A stretch of 63,972 nucleotides of DNA, counting the filler, from Octopus bimaculoides (lineage: Eukaryota), in the NCBI RefSeq assembly GCF_001194135.2. It is 5 parts of 5 records of this genome, joined end to end, with 100 filler letters (N's around TTAATTAATTAA, not from the genome) between each part and the next. Parts side by side here need not be neighbours in the genome. Positions count along the whole stretch, not along the records: positions 1 to 11,733 come from NC_068981.1; positions 11,834 to 38,508 come from NC_069009.1; 3 more parts are not named here. The stretch is one strand, 5' to 3'. The translations under genes were made by a program, and so were the position numbers. This document shows, one piece after another, positions 1-13,530 of this stretch. The notes under the pieces were generated by a model. It did not search any database, had not been told where the DNA came from, and saw only the letters and a program-made list of their open reading frames with translations. Numbering within the stretch: position 1 is the first letter of the stretch; each line of letters starts with the position of its first letter.

Positions 1-544
1 TATATATATATATATATATATATATATCAATAGATAAATATATATCAATAGATAAAAATAGATAGACGTATAGAGGCATACAAATATCATTGTCATACAA
101 TAAAGTTGATTACGACGAGAAAATAGAAACCGCACAATTAAGGTGCTAATAATGGCAGTGAAAATCATTAGGTCCACTGTATCATTTAAAATTACGAGAA
201 ACACTGTTATGCCTTATAGTTGAAGCACCTACTAACAAGGTAAATGCCAACGGTGCCCTGCGATCTCATTACAATATATTATGAGAATTTTCAGCTAAGA
301 TAATTTCGCTTCATTTGGTTTCTTTAAACGGTTCATTTAATAAACACGCGAATTTTCATACCATTGCAACTATTTCATACTATTTCAGCATGTCAGACAG
401 CAAGAAATTGTCATATACCTTCCGGTGCTATTTTAATCGAAAATGAGATTATATGAAGTACATATGTGTGTGCTTGTGTGTGTTGTGTCTGTTGTGTGTG
501 TGTTGTGTGTGTGTATGTATTTGTATGTGTGTGTGCGTCAGTGA

Positions 545-587
<43 letters not shown>

Positions 588-880
588 TACATACTCATGC
601 ACATACGTATTATATATANNNNNNNNNNNNNNNNNNNNNNNNNTATATACACAGAGGGAAAGAGGAATAGAGATAGAGAATTTTACGATACATTGTTTTA
701 ACCGGGAATTACATCCCATTATGTTCATGGACCTCTCTCACACCTTCTCTTTCTATCTCTCCCTGCTCCCTCTCTCTCTGCTTCTGTACACGCTCACAAA
801 CACTCACACACGCACACACCCATACATACGCACACACATATATGTACGTTTATGTTTATGAATGTGTGTGTGTGTGTGTA

Positions 881-921
<41 letters not shown>

Positions 922-2779
922 GATTGGTAGAGTGAATCAAGTAGTTTAAAGGAATTTTGTAATATACAGATATAAATTTTAAATATTTGGTTTCAGCAGC
1001 TATTGCGCGAGAACTCGGACAACAGATATATAGAAACAAAATATAATCCAGAACAAGAGGCGTAGTTATGTGATAAAGCTGGGTTAGTAAAATGTTGAAG
1101 CAATTTTCTAATCAGCTGAAAGTAAGTAACGCGATAAATAAAGCTATCGAAATTAAGCATACTAATAACAGCAAGATATTCAGTAACGAATGAATATTAA
1201 TATGAGAAAAGGAATCATTACAATTTCTATATAACAGTTAGTTATTTAAATTTAATAAATATGCTTCTAATGTTTATGAAATTTCAACAGAAGTCTATGG
1301 AATTGAATACGTTTATTAATTAATTTCAGTACTCAGACACATCAGATACGACTTGAATAAGAAGGAATATATAGATTAAATATTGGTGTTATAAGCATCT
1401 AATTGAGTATTGGGTGATGTCGTCTAAGTCAGTATTGTTCTCTAGGAACAATTGATATCGATAAGGCAGCTGGCTCCTGTGATATCACGTTATTGATACT
1501 TTGTGATCAGAGAAAATTGTGTACGTTTGGTTGCATTTTGAATATATTTCTTGAAATTTCTGTTGAATTAAATTGGTATTTGTAGCGGTGAGGCATTGCT
1601 TTTTTCTAAATATTCTTTTCGAAGTGATGTATGATTCATGGACGGGTTATATCTTCAAGGCATTTATTCAATATTTGTTAATACCTGTCGTCAGATATTA
1701 CTATACAAAATTTCTCGTATTTCATGAAAAATATATGAATATAGTGTAATAACTCCGTGTATATGTACGTACATGTATAAGTGTTAATTTTTTCGCACTG
1801 CTAACCTCAGTTTTAGAGATACGATAGTCGTGATTACGTTGATCTCTATGATGATCAGTTGAATCATTTCATCGTATATACATTCTTGCCCAACAAACCT
1901 ATACAATTTAATCTAAAGTTTCTTGAACAAGTTAGAGTTCAATTGAATTAAGACTTCTAGGTTATTCAAATGCTCGTCTTTCTGTAAAGTTAGCCATATG
2001 GAGCTAGCTGGCACATCTGGATTTATTAAGTTGGTTATCAGGAACTACATGCATTATATCTCTAATCTTTTTGCTTCTCCGAAACAGACAAATTTCGATT
2101 CACAATGATACGCGATCAGCTTTTTTCATACCACATATTTTCGATGATTCCAGACTCGGATATCTTTTCTCAATTGTAACTTCTGCCATTAATATTTTCA
2201 AATCTTCCTCTGTTCTGAATCTGTGACGCACCCAAGCTTTTTCTTCGTTCATATGAATTACACAAATGCATGAGGTGCGTTTAATGCAGTTCTCAATCTA
2301 TTAAACTTTGGTGACTAATATTCAAGTGCAGTGTGACTTTTTTAATACATAGTTCTTATGTTATACGTATATCAAATCAGTTGAATTTCCTGTTACAATC
2401 ACATGGAATGAAGTAGGGAATTAAAGGAATTTTGTTTAAAATGTTCTCGACTTAACACTCTTGAGACGATATTTTTTGTGTGTGTGAGTACGAATACATT
2501 CATGACGATTGTTCTAGTCAATTTGTATTCGTTTTGTTATTTTATGTATATGGTATGTTTTATACTTAATACGCAGTCCACACGTAATGCGTTTATATGT
2601 CTTTAAGAATTTAAACCTCATGTTTGCGTCGCCACAGTATCAACGGTGTATGTATATCCCAGCTATTCAATTTGATATTGCATATTTTAGAGAAAGGTTT
2701 TCGATGTCTTTCCTGTAAAAATAAGTCATTACTCGTGATTATGTGATAATGTCGACGTTCTGTCCAAGTGAATATTAAA

Positions 2780-3700
2780 ATTAGCCGTCAAATCTTGTCA
2801 TGACATGCATTAAATATCACGCGTTCGTTAAAACTTGCAACAATAATGCAGTGAATACATACATAAGCTCCGAGATGATAGTAACATTGATCATCAAAGC
2901 AGTCTATCATGGACCAATAGCAGGATTATTACCTCACAATTTGAAGTGTATGCGACTGCAATCTACTAAAAGGAAATATCAGCCAAACACCTGATGCATG
3001 AAAAGGATACAGATGTAGGAAAAGCAGCAATATGTAACAACCAATGCAGACTTTGTGAAGTTAACACCGAAGATATTATTCACATCCTAAACAATTATCC
3101 AAAGATGTCATCACGGAATTATCTTACGATGAGTCGTTATGGTGTAGCTAGGACACTGCATAAAATGATTGCTCGGAAGGATAAAGAAATAAGAATCCAC
3201 AGTATGGTGGTAGCCATAGCAACTCATAATAAAAAGAGAGTAGTGGTGGAATGTCCCAGTCAAAACAATATACCTGACATAATGATTTAGGATAAAGAAG
3301 AGAAATTGTGCCCAGCGGATGTCAACATGAAGCTAAAGATTAGCGAAAAAGAAAATATCTGTTGAGAACTATTGAGAAATTTGCAGTTACTCCATCCAGA
3401 TTACAAGTTCTGGTTTATGCCTACTATTATTGAGGCTTTGGGATATGTAACAAAACTACCTAAATAAACATCTTGAAAAATTAGGTTTCTCAAAACCAGA
3501 AAGAAGAGAGTTAATTCAAAGATTACTGATCCAATCCATCAGTGTACTGTAAAATCTGTAAAGTTTTTCAGAAATTTATCATTTAAATGTATATGAGCAT
3601 GTCTAGATACGCAACTATATGCATGAGAATACATACATAAAATCGAATATACAAATCTGTGCATATATATACATACATAAATACATACATACATACATTC
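2780..3700 (+). mobile_element. Dong/R4-type non-LTR retrotransposon 3' fragment (zinc knuckle + restriction-like endonuclease), decayed
   Basis: CRLCEVNTEDIIHILNN(C)PKM..NYL zinc-knuckle motif, then ..IPDIMI.DKE.. and ..KISEKENI..ELLRNLQLLHPDYKF.FMPTIIEALG..; stops and frameshifts; followed by TACA-rich tail. Boundaries approximate. Confidence 0.8.
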
Positions 3701-4194
3701 GTACATATATATATATATATATATACATCTACGTGTGACCAACAAGCAGAGAGGAAGGAGAACAAGAGAAAGGATGAGGGAAAGAATCANNNNNNNNNNN
3801 NNNNNNNNNNNNNNNNNNNNNNNNNNNNNNNNNNNNNNNNNNNNNNNNNNNNNNNNNNNNNNNNNNNNNNNNNNNNNNNNNNNNNNNNNNNNNNNNNNNN
3901 NNNNNNNNNNNNNNNNNNNNNNNNNNNNNNNNNNNNNNNNNNNNNNNNNNNNNNNNNNNNNNNNNNNNNNNNNNNNNNNNNNNNNNNNNNNNNNNNNNNN
4001 NNNNNNNNNNNNNNNNNNNNNNNNNNNNNNNNNNNNNNNNNNNNNNNNNNNNNNNNNNNNNNNNNNNNNNNNNNNNNNNNNNNNNNNNNNNNNNNNNNNN
4101 NNNNNNNNNNNNNNNNNNNNNNNNNNNNNNNNNNNNNNNNNNNNNNNNNNNNNNNNNNNNNNNNNNNNNNNNNNNNNNNNNNNNNNNNNNNNNN

Positions 4195-4233
<39 letters not shown>

Positions 4234-4529
4234 TTTCCTGGATCCAGTAGAATCCAGATATTTTAGTAATATATGAAGCCAAGATAGAATTTAAAATAGC
4301 ATACTTGTATATTGACAGGGTGTACGCACATTAACATACTTACTAATTCATATCCAGATGTGTCCTTCCAGTTACGCACACATTCACATGTTTAGACCAA
4401 ATTCACTCAACGTATACATAAAATTACACAAGAGTATACTCGAACATGCAGGTCACTGTAAGCTCATGATCCAACGGTGGGAAGGTTCCAGTTGTGGTGT
4501 AGTATAATAAGAACAGAAACGGACTGAAG

Positions 4530-4598
4530 TTCACTACAGCTGTTTCAGTCGTGTTGTTTTTTTTTATTGATGAACAAATCAATTCCTCTTCAGGTGAA
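4530..4598 (-). ncRNA. Minimal type-I hammerhead ribozyme motif (Penelope pLTR-type), stem II disturbed
   Basis: Minus strand reads UUCAC-CUGAAGA-[stem II region]-GAAA-C-AGCU-G-UA-GUGAA. Core intact, 5-bp stem I, palindromic stem III (ACAGCUGU). Confidence 0.55.
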
Positions 4599-4849
4599 TT
4601 ACAATAAAACAAAATCTAACATTTAGAATTTTTCACACAGGTATTATACTGTGCGTATTGACTCTCTCATCTCAACCACCTTCGAGATTAGAAAATCAAT
4701 ATGTATAATATACTGTAAACTGAACCTCGAAAGATACGCGATTTCTTCAAATGTCATTTCTATACGGTAAAGTCTGAACATATATTTCGGTGATGTAATT
4801 GTAAATATTCCAAGAGATGCTGGTTTATGGATGGGACCCAAATTGCAGG

Positions 4850-5650
4850 TAACCTTTCAACTTTCCTTGAAACGAGACGCCAAAACGCAGCTGCATTAAA
4901 TGCCGTGGGTGGCAGTCGCAAACAATTGTCATGAAAACTGAAATGCATGTGCATCACGTAGAGGTTATAGGTATAAATATCAACTTTATTTGGGGTGCTA
5001 TTGACCTGAATCAGAGAATTTGGCCCAGCATGTTCCAAAATATTGGTGCAGGCAGAGGGAATGGCACCACAGATCAGCACTATCTTGACCAGATCGTAAG
5101 ACCTCATATCGTGCCCTTCTTTGCGTGTCACTATAGCCACGTGTTCCAGCAGGTCAATTCTCTCTCCCACACGGCCAGGGTCACCATGGGGGTGGGCCTC
5201 CTGCATCAGCGCATCAGAACCATGCCCTGGCCGGCTCTCAGCCCAGATTTGGACCCAATTAAACACCGGTGAGATGAAATCCAGAGACGGCTGAACCAGT
5301 TGGTTCCAAGGGCGACAACTCGTATGGAACTCTAGGCAGCTTTCCCAGGCTCTGAGCACAGGTGCCAATAGCTTTTGTGAATCGCCTCATGCATTCCATA
5401 TTCAGACAGTGTATGGCCGTTTTGAACACCAAGGAAGGGCATACACGGTATTGAACAGGTCACGCTCTACAATCTCGGTGTGCTCGATCCGCCCACTACC
5501 AGAACACATGATAAAGACCCATCCATTGTGGTCAAAGTGCATCTAAGACATTGACTTTAACAGATCTATCAACAATTACTTCTGACAATGAAATTAAAAC
5601 GTATTTCACATTCACACAAGTCTTGCGTTTATTTTGCGTTTCAGCGTATA
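4850..5650 (+). mobile_element. Tc1-family DNA transposon remnant (DD34E transposase fragment)
   Basis: YLDQIVRPHIVPFF...VFQQ(D)NS..HTARVT...MPWPALSPDLDPIKH.WDEI.RRL motifs; TIR-like 3' end ...TTGCGTTTATTTTGCGTTTCAGCGTATA; left end not found. Confidence 0.85.
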
Positions 5651-5805
5651 TGTGAAAAACCCTAAATGTAAAATTTTATTTTATTTTAATTCACCTGCAG
5701 AAAAGCTTTTTTTTTTACATGATGTAATTGATTTGTTCATGAATTAGAAAAAAAACATGCCTGAAAGAGCTGCAGTAAACCTCAGCCAATTTGTGCTATG
5801 TTATG

Positions 5806-5837
<32 letters not shown>

Positions 5838-5933
5838 CATACATACATGCTTACATACATACATATGCACATACATTCATACATGCATGCATACACACAC
5901 ACTCACACACACACACACACACACATATATATG

Positions 5934-5975
<42 letters not shown>

Positions 5976-6008
5976 NNNNNNNNNNNNNNNNNNNNNNNNN
6001 NNNNNNNN

Positions 6009-6045
<37 letters not shown>

Positions 6046-6597
6046 ACTAGGATGTATGTATGTATATATGTATGTATGCATTAATATGATCCAGAACATG
6101 TGCAATATTGTGTTCCTTTAATGAATATTCATAAGGCTAGAGATAAAGTTAGAAAGAAAAAGAAAACACATTGCCTCTTTAAAATTGATTATCTCAAAAA
6201 TCCCTTTATTGTACTTTACTTAATGTTTATAAAGATGACTTGATAATTCTGTTTAACTCTAAAAATATTTATCCTTGTTATTTTAACATTATTTTCATAA
6301 TAAACTTTCCTCAAACGTTACGTATGTCATTAGAGTTTATTGCGAATTTGAAATTGCTTTTTTGCGTTTCACATTACAATAATTTTCATATGCTAATATA
6401 TAAATACTTCATTTATTATACATCACATTTTATTGTAATCGACATAGAACGCATGTCGTAGTGTCTATTTTAAAAGAGAACCTGTGCCTCATTTATTTGT
6501 AGCCTGCAAATAGAAGTATAGATTGAGAAAATGCCTGAAATGTGCATACGTCTGCGAGTAAATAATTTATCATATTAATGTTATAATATTCATTTCG

Positions 6598-6812
6598 TGA
6601 AGGCAGCGAGCTGACAGAAACGTTAGCACGCCGGGCGAAATGCTTAGCGGTATTTCGTCTTTACGTTCTAACTTCAAATTCCGCCTTGGTCGACTTTGCT
6701 TTTCATCCTTTCGGGATCTATAAATTAAGTAACAGTTGCGTACTGGGTCGATCTAATCGACTTGACCCCCTCCCGAAAAATTTCGGACCTTGTGCCTAGA
6801 GTAGAAAAGAAT
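6598..6812 (+). mobile_element. tRNA-related SINE, family B (GGCAGCGAGCTG..AGAAACGTTAGCACGCCGGGCGAAATGCTTAGCGG...)
   Basis: Near-consensus copy. Related copies at about 13545-13700(+), 39520-39735(-), 41955-42320(-), 59700-59905(-) and 62400-62525(-). Confidence 0.8.
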
Positions 6813-7780
6813 ATTTAATTCATGAGTAGCTAATAAAAAAGATAACGAGACCTAAATATTCGTGGAAAAAGCGACGTTCTTTGCTTTGAAAATATTCTGA
6901 CGTCATCAAGTAAAAATTAACAATCCTTATGCTCACAGAATTAGATGTAGATAGTATAAAAGATTGTGCTCACTGATTTTCTATAAATTATTTGAATTGT
7001 GTATTTTAATGTAATGTTTGACCCTGCTCTAGCCATAGAATGGACAACATGTGTTTGACACGGCTTGCACATAGTTTGACCTCATTGATTTTTAATTGAT
7101 AAACGTTGGAAGGGCAAGCTTTCTCTAATAATCAATTGCTATGGAGATGTCATTAGGTGAATTATTTGTTTAATCCAATAACCGTGGAAGAGAGAAAGTA
7201 AGAGAAAAATTGTAAGTTTACAGAGGATGAAAAAAGAAACAAATCATAAAGGAGAAAAGAAACAACGAATTTAGAGAAATAAGAAACTAACTATACAAAG
7301 GGAACAAAAAAGCTAGTCATAATTAAATAAAGGTAAATGAAGTAATGATAACTGTTTGCAGAAAGATCACATGATACACATTTTTTTAAAATCTTTTTGC
7401 ATACATGATACTTTCCTGTGAATAATGTTCGATGCTAAGACCTGAAGGCAACTTTTGTTTTCACAAACTTAAAGATATTCCAATTCGATATCTTAGACAG
7501 AAACGTCAATACACTATAGCGAATAAGATAAGGATATCAAATGAAAAGAATCAATTTTGCTATTAGGAAGAAAATGAGAAGAAAAATTCTTTTCCGAATT
7601 GTTCATATTAATTAATCTTTAATCAATTGATATCATCTTGACCTTGAAAGCTATGTTGGGGAATAGATAAAGAGAGGGTAAGAGCATTAATATTCCTATA
7701 TGAATCTATTTAGTGATAAACATATACTTCATATACGACTATCCCTGTCACATACATGATCATATATTCATATAAGCATA

Positions 7781-7782
<2 letters not shown>

Positions 7783-7838
<56 letters not shown>

Positions 7839-7839
7839 A

Positions 7840-7882
<43 letters not shown>
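7783..7882. repeat. (ATCT)n tetranucleotide microsatellite; mirrored by (AGAT)n at about 8277-8347 across an N gap
   Basis: Direct inspection. Confidence 0.95.
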
Positions 7883-7883
<1 letters not shown>

Positions 7884-8246
7884 TTCACTCTTTCTCTCTC
7901 TCTTTAANNNNNNNNNNNNNNNNNNNNNNNNNNNNNNNNNNNNNNNNNNNNNNNNNNNNNNNNNNNNNNNNNNNNNNNNNNNNNNNNNNNNNNNNNNNNN
8001 NNNNNNNNNNNNNNNNNNNNNNNNNNNNNNNNNNNNNNNNNNNNNNNNNNNNNNNNNNNNNNNNNNNNNNNNNNNNNNNNNNNNNNNNNNNNNNNNNNNN
8101 NNNNNNNNNNNNNNNNNNNNNNNNNNNNNNNNNNNNNNNNNNNNNNNNNNNNNNNNNNNNNNNNNNNNNNNNNNNNNNNNNNNNNNNNNNNNNNNNNNNN
8201 NNNNNNNNNNNNNNNNNNNNNNNNNNNNNNNNNNNNNNNNNNNNNN

Positions 8247-8359
<113 letters not shown>

Positions 8360-11142
8360 GCAGACAGACAGGCAGACAGACATGCATATTTTATATACGC
8401 GCGTGTGATGAGATAATATCCTTTACATAGCTAAGAAAACTACGAAACGGGTGTAAAGGAATTGATTACACAAATATTCTCATTCCTCTGTAAATACAAC
8501 GGTCGGACGAACTGGATTTTCAGAGGTCCGAAACTTATAGCAGCTCGCTTTTAAATCCTATGAATATTAAATGATATTCGTCTTTCACTATTTGCAGTAC
8601 TGTTTTTTGTTTCTTTTTCGTTTCACCAATAACGAAACAGTATACTATGTGCATGTATGTGTGTATAAATATGTATATACGCAATATATTTTGTTTCTAC
8701 TGCGATTAGAATATTAAACTTCTAGTCTGATAAGTGTTTAATTTCATTCTTATAATATTATTTGTATATTAGCTATACATTACATACCAATTCCATGTTA
8801 TGACGAATGTAAACAATACGCCAGCAGATATATTCACTGAGACAAAAAGATGTATCAACTGCATATGCTGCATATTTTCATATTTCAACTCTAGCTGAAA
8901 TAAGAAAGTACACTGCTTTCTTATTCATACATGACACCGCTTATATACCCACTGATATTGGTTAAATGTAAGTACATTTTGTGGTATAATATTCAACATC
9001 AATATCAAGCCAATGCAGAATCCGCTTTGTAATTAACATAGTTTCCAGATATAGCGCATAGTGAATTCAGGGAAGACTTGCAATTCAAATTTGTGTGTAA
9101 ATATCTCTAAAAAGATTGGTCACCCCCAGGTAAAATGGTCCTCTAAGTATATATATATATATATATATATATATCATGGCTTATTTATTAATTCTGTTTA
9201 TTAGGTATTCTTATCTGTGTGAGTTACGGAAAAATGAATATAGTGAAGAGTGAAATGTTCTTTCTATCTAGATAATTCAGCACCTCATAAATCTGTCAAC
9301 ATTTTTTTGTCATAAAACATAACACCTTCCACGTCTACTACCACTTCAATTACTTATTGTAATTTTCAACTCTGTGCCCTCCCTCCCCATTGTCTGCTAT
9401 AAATCTGATTAATATGAAAGGTATCAGATTTAAATACTTCCATGGTTAGATTTATAATTAGAGCGCGATTCCCTTTTTGCCTGTGTAATATTGGTCAAAT
9501 TCTCAGAATAAATAAACTGGTGATATTCCTTTCTATAGCAGTCAGTTTATTGGGGATTTGGAAAAGATAAAGGTGCGGGTCTTTCTTCTAACTTTTCATT
9601 TGAACTGTGAAAATAGACCCTTCCAATTTTTATAGGAAACATGTAAGCCTTGAATAAATGGTTATGTCTGTGTATTTATATATGATACGTAGCACCTTAC
9701 GTGTCATCTTGGGCAAGTGTCTTCTACTATACTCGCGGGTTGACCAAAGTCTTTTGGTTGACGGAAACTGAAAAAAGCCCGTCGTATANNNNNNNNNNNN
9801 NNNNNNNNNNNNNNNNNNNNNNNNNNNNNNNNNNNNNNNNNNNNNNNNNNNNNNNNNNNNNNNNNNNNNNNNNNNNNNNNNNNNNNNNNNNNNNNNNNNN
9901 NNNNNNNNNNNNNNNNNNNNNNNNNNNNNNNNNNNNNNNNNNNNNNNNNNNNNNNNNNNNNNNNNNNNNNNNNNNNNNNNNNNNNNNNNNNNNNNNNNNN
10001 NNNNNNNNNNNNNNNNNNNNNNNNNNNNNNNNNNNNNNNNNNNNNNNNNNNNNNNNNNNNNNNNNNNNNNNNNNNNNNNNNNNNNNNNNNNNNNNNNNNN
10101 NNNNNNNNNNNNNNNNNNNNNNNNNNNNNNNNNNNNNNNNNNNNNNNNNNNNNNNNNNNNNNNNNNNNNNNNNNNNNNNNNNNNNNNNNNNNNNNNNNNN
10201 NNNNNNNNNNNNNNNNNNNNNNNNNNNNNNNNNNNNNNNNNNNNNNNNNNNNNNNNNNNNNNNNNNNNNNNNNNNNNNNNNNNNNNNNNNNNNNNNNNNN
10301 NNNNNNNNNNNNNNNNNNNNNNNNNNNNNNNNNNNTGTGTGTGTGTGTGTGTGTTTGCCTCCATCACCGATGTTAGTATGTTTATTTTCCCGCAACGTAT
10401 CTATTCGGGAAAAAGTACCGATAGATTAAGTATCAGGATTTTTAAAAAATATGCATTGGGCGCGATTTGTTTGAATATAATTCTTGAAGGTGGTGCCCTA
10501 GCATAGCGGCAATGTAATGACTGAAGGATCTAAAAGTTTCATAGTTCCCAGAAAACCCTTTACTTTCTTTCTTTCCTATCGTTCTCTCTTCCTTCCTTTC
10601 TTTCTTTTTCTCTTCCTTATTTTTTCCTTTTTCTCTCTCTAAGAAATCCTTAAAAAATTCACCACAGACTTATATTTACACACATGAACACACAAATATA
10701 CGCACACATAGATTCAAAATAACGAAGACCAATCCAACCATTCCCAAAACGTCCTCTTCCAAAAACACAAGAAAACAATTTCATCGCCAGATATTTTCAA
10801 CTAACACATATTTGTAAAAGGTATGAATCTTCTCTGAAAGGTGATGGAAGTGTTAAATAAATGGTTTATCCAAGTTCAATATCTTAATATATCTTAAAAT
10901 ATAAAATCTGTACACGATTTCAAACAATCTACAGATATATATGCAAACTAATGTTTGTGTTAGCTTAATTTGCAGAAATACAGAAAACCTTTGGAAGAGT
11001 ATTAACTTATCATTCATTTTCAAGAAAAGTATTGACAGTGACATCAAACTCTGGGCCAGCTAAGCCATAATGCGACAGTCCGATGATGGCTTAACTAAAC
11101 AGGCTTTTGAGGTTACTAACAATACTATTCTTGTCAACGAAT

Positions 11143-11174
<32 letters not shown>

Positions 11175-11733
11175 TATAGGAGTAAATCTAAGGACTATCA
11201 GGTTAGTGGAAATCTTTAAATTCTATTCTGTCAAAACCCCAAATGTAAATTTCTTCCCTGAAGACGGTTGCTGGTGTTATCCCATGATAGAATCGGGTTA
11301 CAATCATTATTTTGGATCAGCTGTAGGACCCGTAAAACCTCCTACTCAACCAATTTCATCCCCAATATCATTTCTATTCTCTGTAAGTCGGGCTTTCTTA
11401 AATGTATACATATGTATATGTTTTGTATTAAATGTTTTAAATATTTCTTGTATATCGACTTGCCTAACTTGTTTTTCCTTATATTTACCACTCAATATCT
11501 CTTGATCAATATCTCGTAAGCACTGCGAAGTGTATTCTATACAGAGAATACCTGTCTCTAATCTATAAACCTTATATATATATATATATATATATATACT
11601 GCATAAACACACACGCACACACTCACACATGCACATGCATACACACACACACACTCACACGCACACACATACGTTCAACAGGTTACTATATATAGTATTG
11701 TTAGTATATATATATATATATATTTATTTATTT

Positions 11734-11833
11734 NNNNNNNNNNNNNNNNNNNNNNNNNNNNNNNNNNNNNNNNNNNNTTAATTAATTAANNNNNNNNNNN
11801 NNNNNNNNNNNNNNNNNNNNNNNNNNNNNNNNN
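11734..11833. other. Artificial scaffold spacer (44N + TTAATTAATTAA + 44N)
   Basis: Exactly 100 bp; the 12-mer carries stops in all six frames; the identical structure occurs four times. Confidence 0.95.
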
Positions 11834-12105
11834 GACTTGTGAGTGGATTTGGTAGATGGAAACTGAAAGAAGCCTGTCATATATATGTGTGTGTGTGTAT
11901 GTTTGTGTGTCTGTGTTTGTCCCCCCAACATCACTTGACAACCAATGCTGATGTGTTTACGTCCCCGTAACTTAGCGGTTCAGCAAAAGAGACCGATAGA
12001 ATAAGTACTAGGCTTACAAAGAATAAGTCCTGGGGTCGATTTGCTCGACTAAAGGTGGTGCTCCAGCATGGCCACAGTCAAATGACTGAAACAAGTAAAA
12101 GAGTA
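11834..12105 (+). mobile_element. SINE family A, 3' two-thirds (internal TA/TG microsatellite, tail ...AATGACTGAAACAAGTAAAAGA)
   Basis: Matches other family A copies in the window; cut by the spacer. Confidence 0.85.
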
Positions 12106-12791
12106 TATGCACATTCACACACATGCATGCACACACACACACACACTTTATTTCACATTGGTCCCTTTGAAATACAGCTGGAAAATATGAGTAATACTTG
12201 TATTTCAAAGGTCCAACCTTGTCACACTGAATCTCCCTCAGAACTACATTAAGGACATGCATGTCTGTGGAGTGCTCAGCCACTTGTACGTTAATTTCAC
12301 TATCAAGCTGTTCCATTGATTGGATCAACTAGAACGTTGTTATTTTAACCAATGGGGTGCCAGTTATTTCATGTTGTCCTAATCCACTCAACTGGCAAAT
12401 ATGAGTAGTATCTGTATTTCAAAGGGACCAACCTTGTCACGTCCGTGTCATGCTAAATCTCCCTGAGAACTATGCTCAGCCACTTGCATGTTAATTTCAT
12501 GAGTAAGCTGTTTTGTTGATCAGATTAACTAGAACCCTCATTGTCATAACCGACCGACAGAGCACCAATTTATACCTGTATATGTACGCCAATTTTACGT
12601 CGTCTTATATTTACCCAGTCAATACACACAGACACACACTTTATTCACACATTAAATCAACAGTTGCCCACAGCAGGATTTCTCAAGACAAAGTTACATA
12701 GCTTCATATGCACGCCCACCATATGATATATATAAGTATATATCCCCATACATATATAATATATATAGTATATATATATGATATATATATA

Positions 12792-12824
<33 letters not shown>

Positions 12825-13289
12825 NNNNNNNNNNNNNNNNNNNNNNNNNNNNNNNNNNNNNNNNNNNNNNNNNNNNNNNNNNNNNNNNNNNNNNNNNNNN
12901 NNNNNNNNNNNNNNNNNNNNNNNNNNNNNNNNNNNNNNNNNNNNNNNNNNNNNNNNNNNNNNNNNNNNNNNNNNNNNNNNNNNNNNNNNNNNNNNNNNNN
13001 NNNNNNNNNNNNNNNNNNNNNNNNNNNNNNNNNNNNNNNNNNNNNNNNNNNNNNNNNNNNNNNNNNNNNNNNNNNNNNNNNNNNNNNNNNNNNNNNNNNN
13101 NNNNTTTTTCTTACATGTGTATATTTATATATATATATATATATATATACACAAACATACATATGTACATACATACATACATACATACATACGCACATAC
13201 ATACATATATATTTGTACACACACACACACACACACATACATACATACATACATACATACATACATACATAAATGTAAAACTTTCCAAA

Positions 13290-13530
13290 AATTTAGCACA
13301 TAAATACATATGCATGCATCTAGACATAAAAACGCATCCATAAAACAAACATACAAATCTGCGCATACACTAACACCAAATACTGCACACACACACACAT
13401 ATGCACAAATACCTAGATGATGTTGATAAAAGTTCCAATGAAGGAGCCTTGAATCTATGTTAGAGTCCGGCTCTTTCTCTATGAACAAGAAATACAGAAA
13501 TGAAACTGGTTGATAACATACATATAAGGA
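13290..13530 (+). mobile_element. Probable 3' UTR fragment of the same Dong-like family as 2780-3700
   Basis: Shares GCATG..TAGA.A..AA..CAT..ATAAAAC.AA.ATACAAATCTG.GCATA with 3597-3665; ends in ACAT repeats. Confidence 0.45.

Noticed and set aside
411-1039. ORFs rich in YI, CV, HT, SL, poly-M or poly-I, here and throughout (e.g. 22243-22877, 30072-30784, 36687-37421, 57487-57919, 60423-60879)
   Set aside because: These are translations of microsatellites. ORFs full of X simply read through N gaps.
8480-8540. GGAC...GTCC-GAAAC hammerhead-like hairpin; a similar minus-strand case at 49160-49210
   Set aside because: The first lacks a proper CUGANGA in register; the second lacks a paired stem II and a cleavage triplet.
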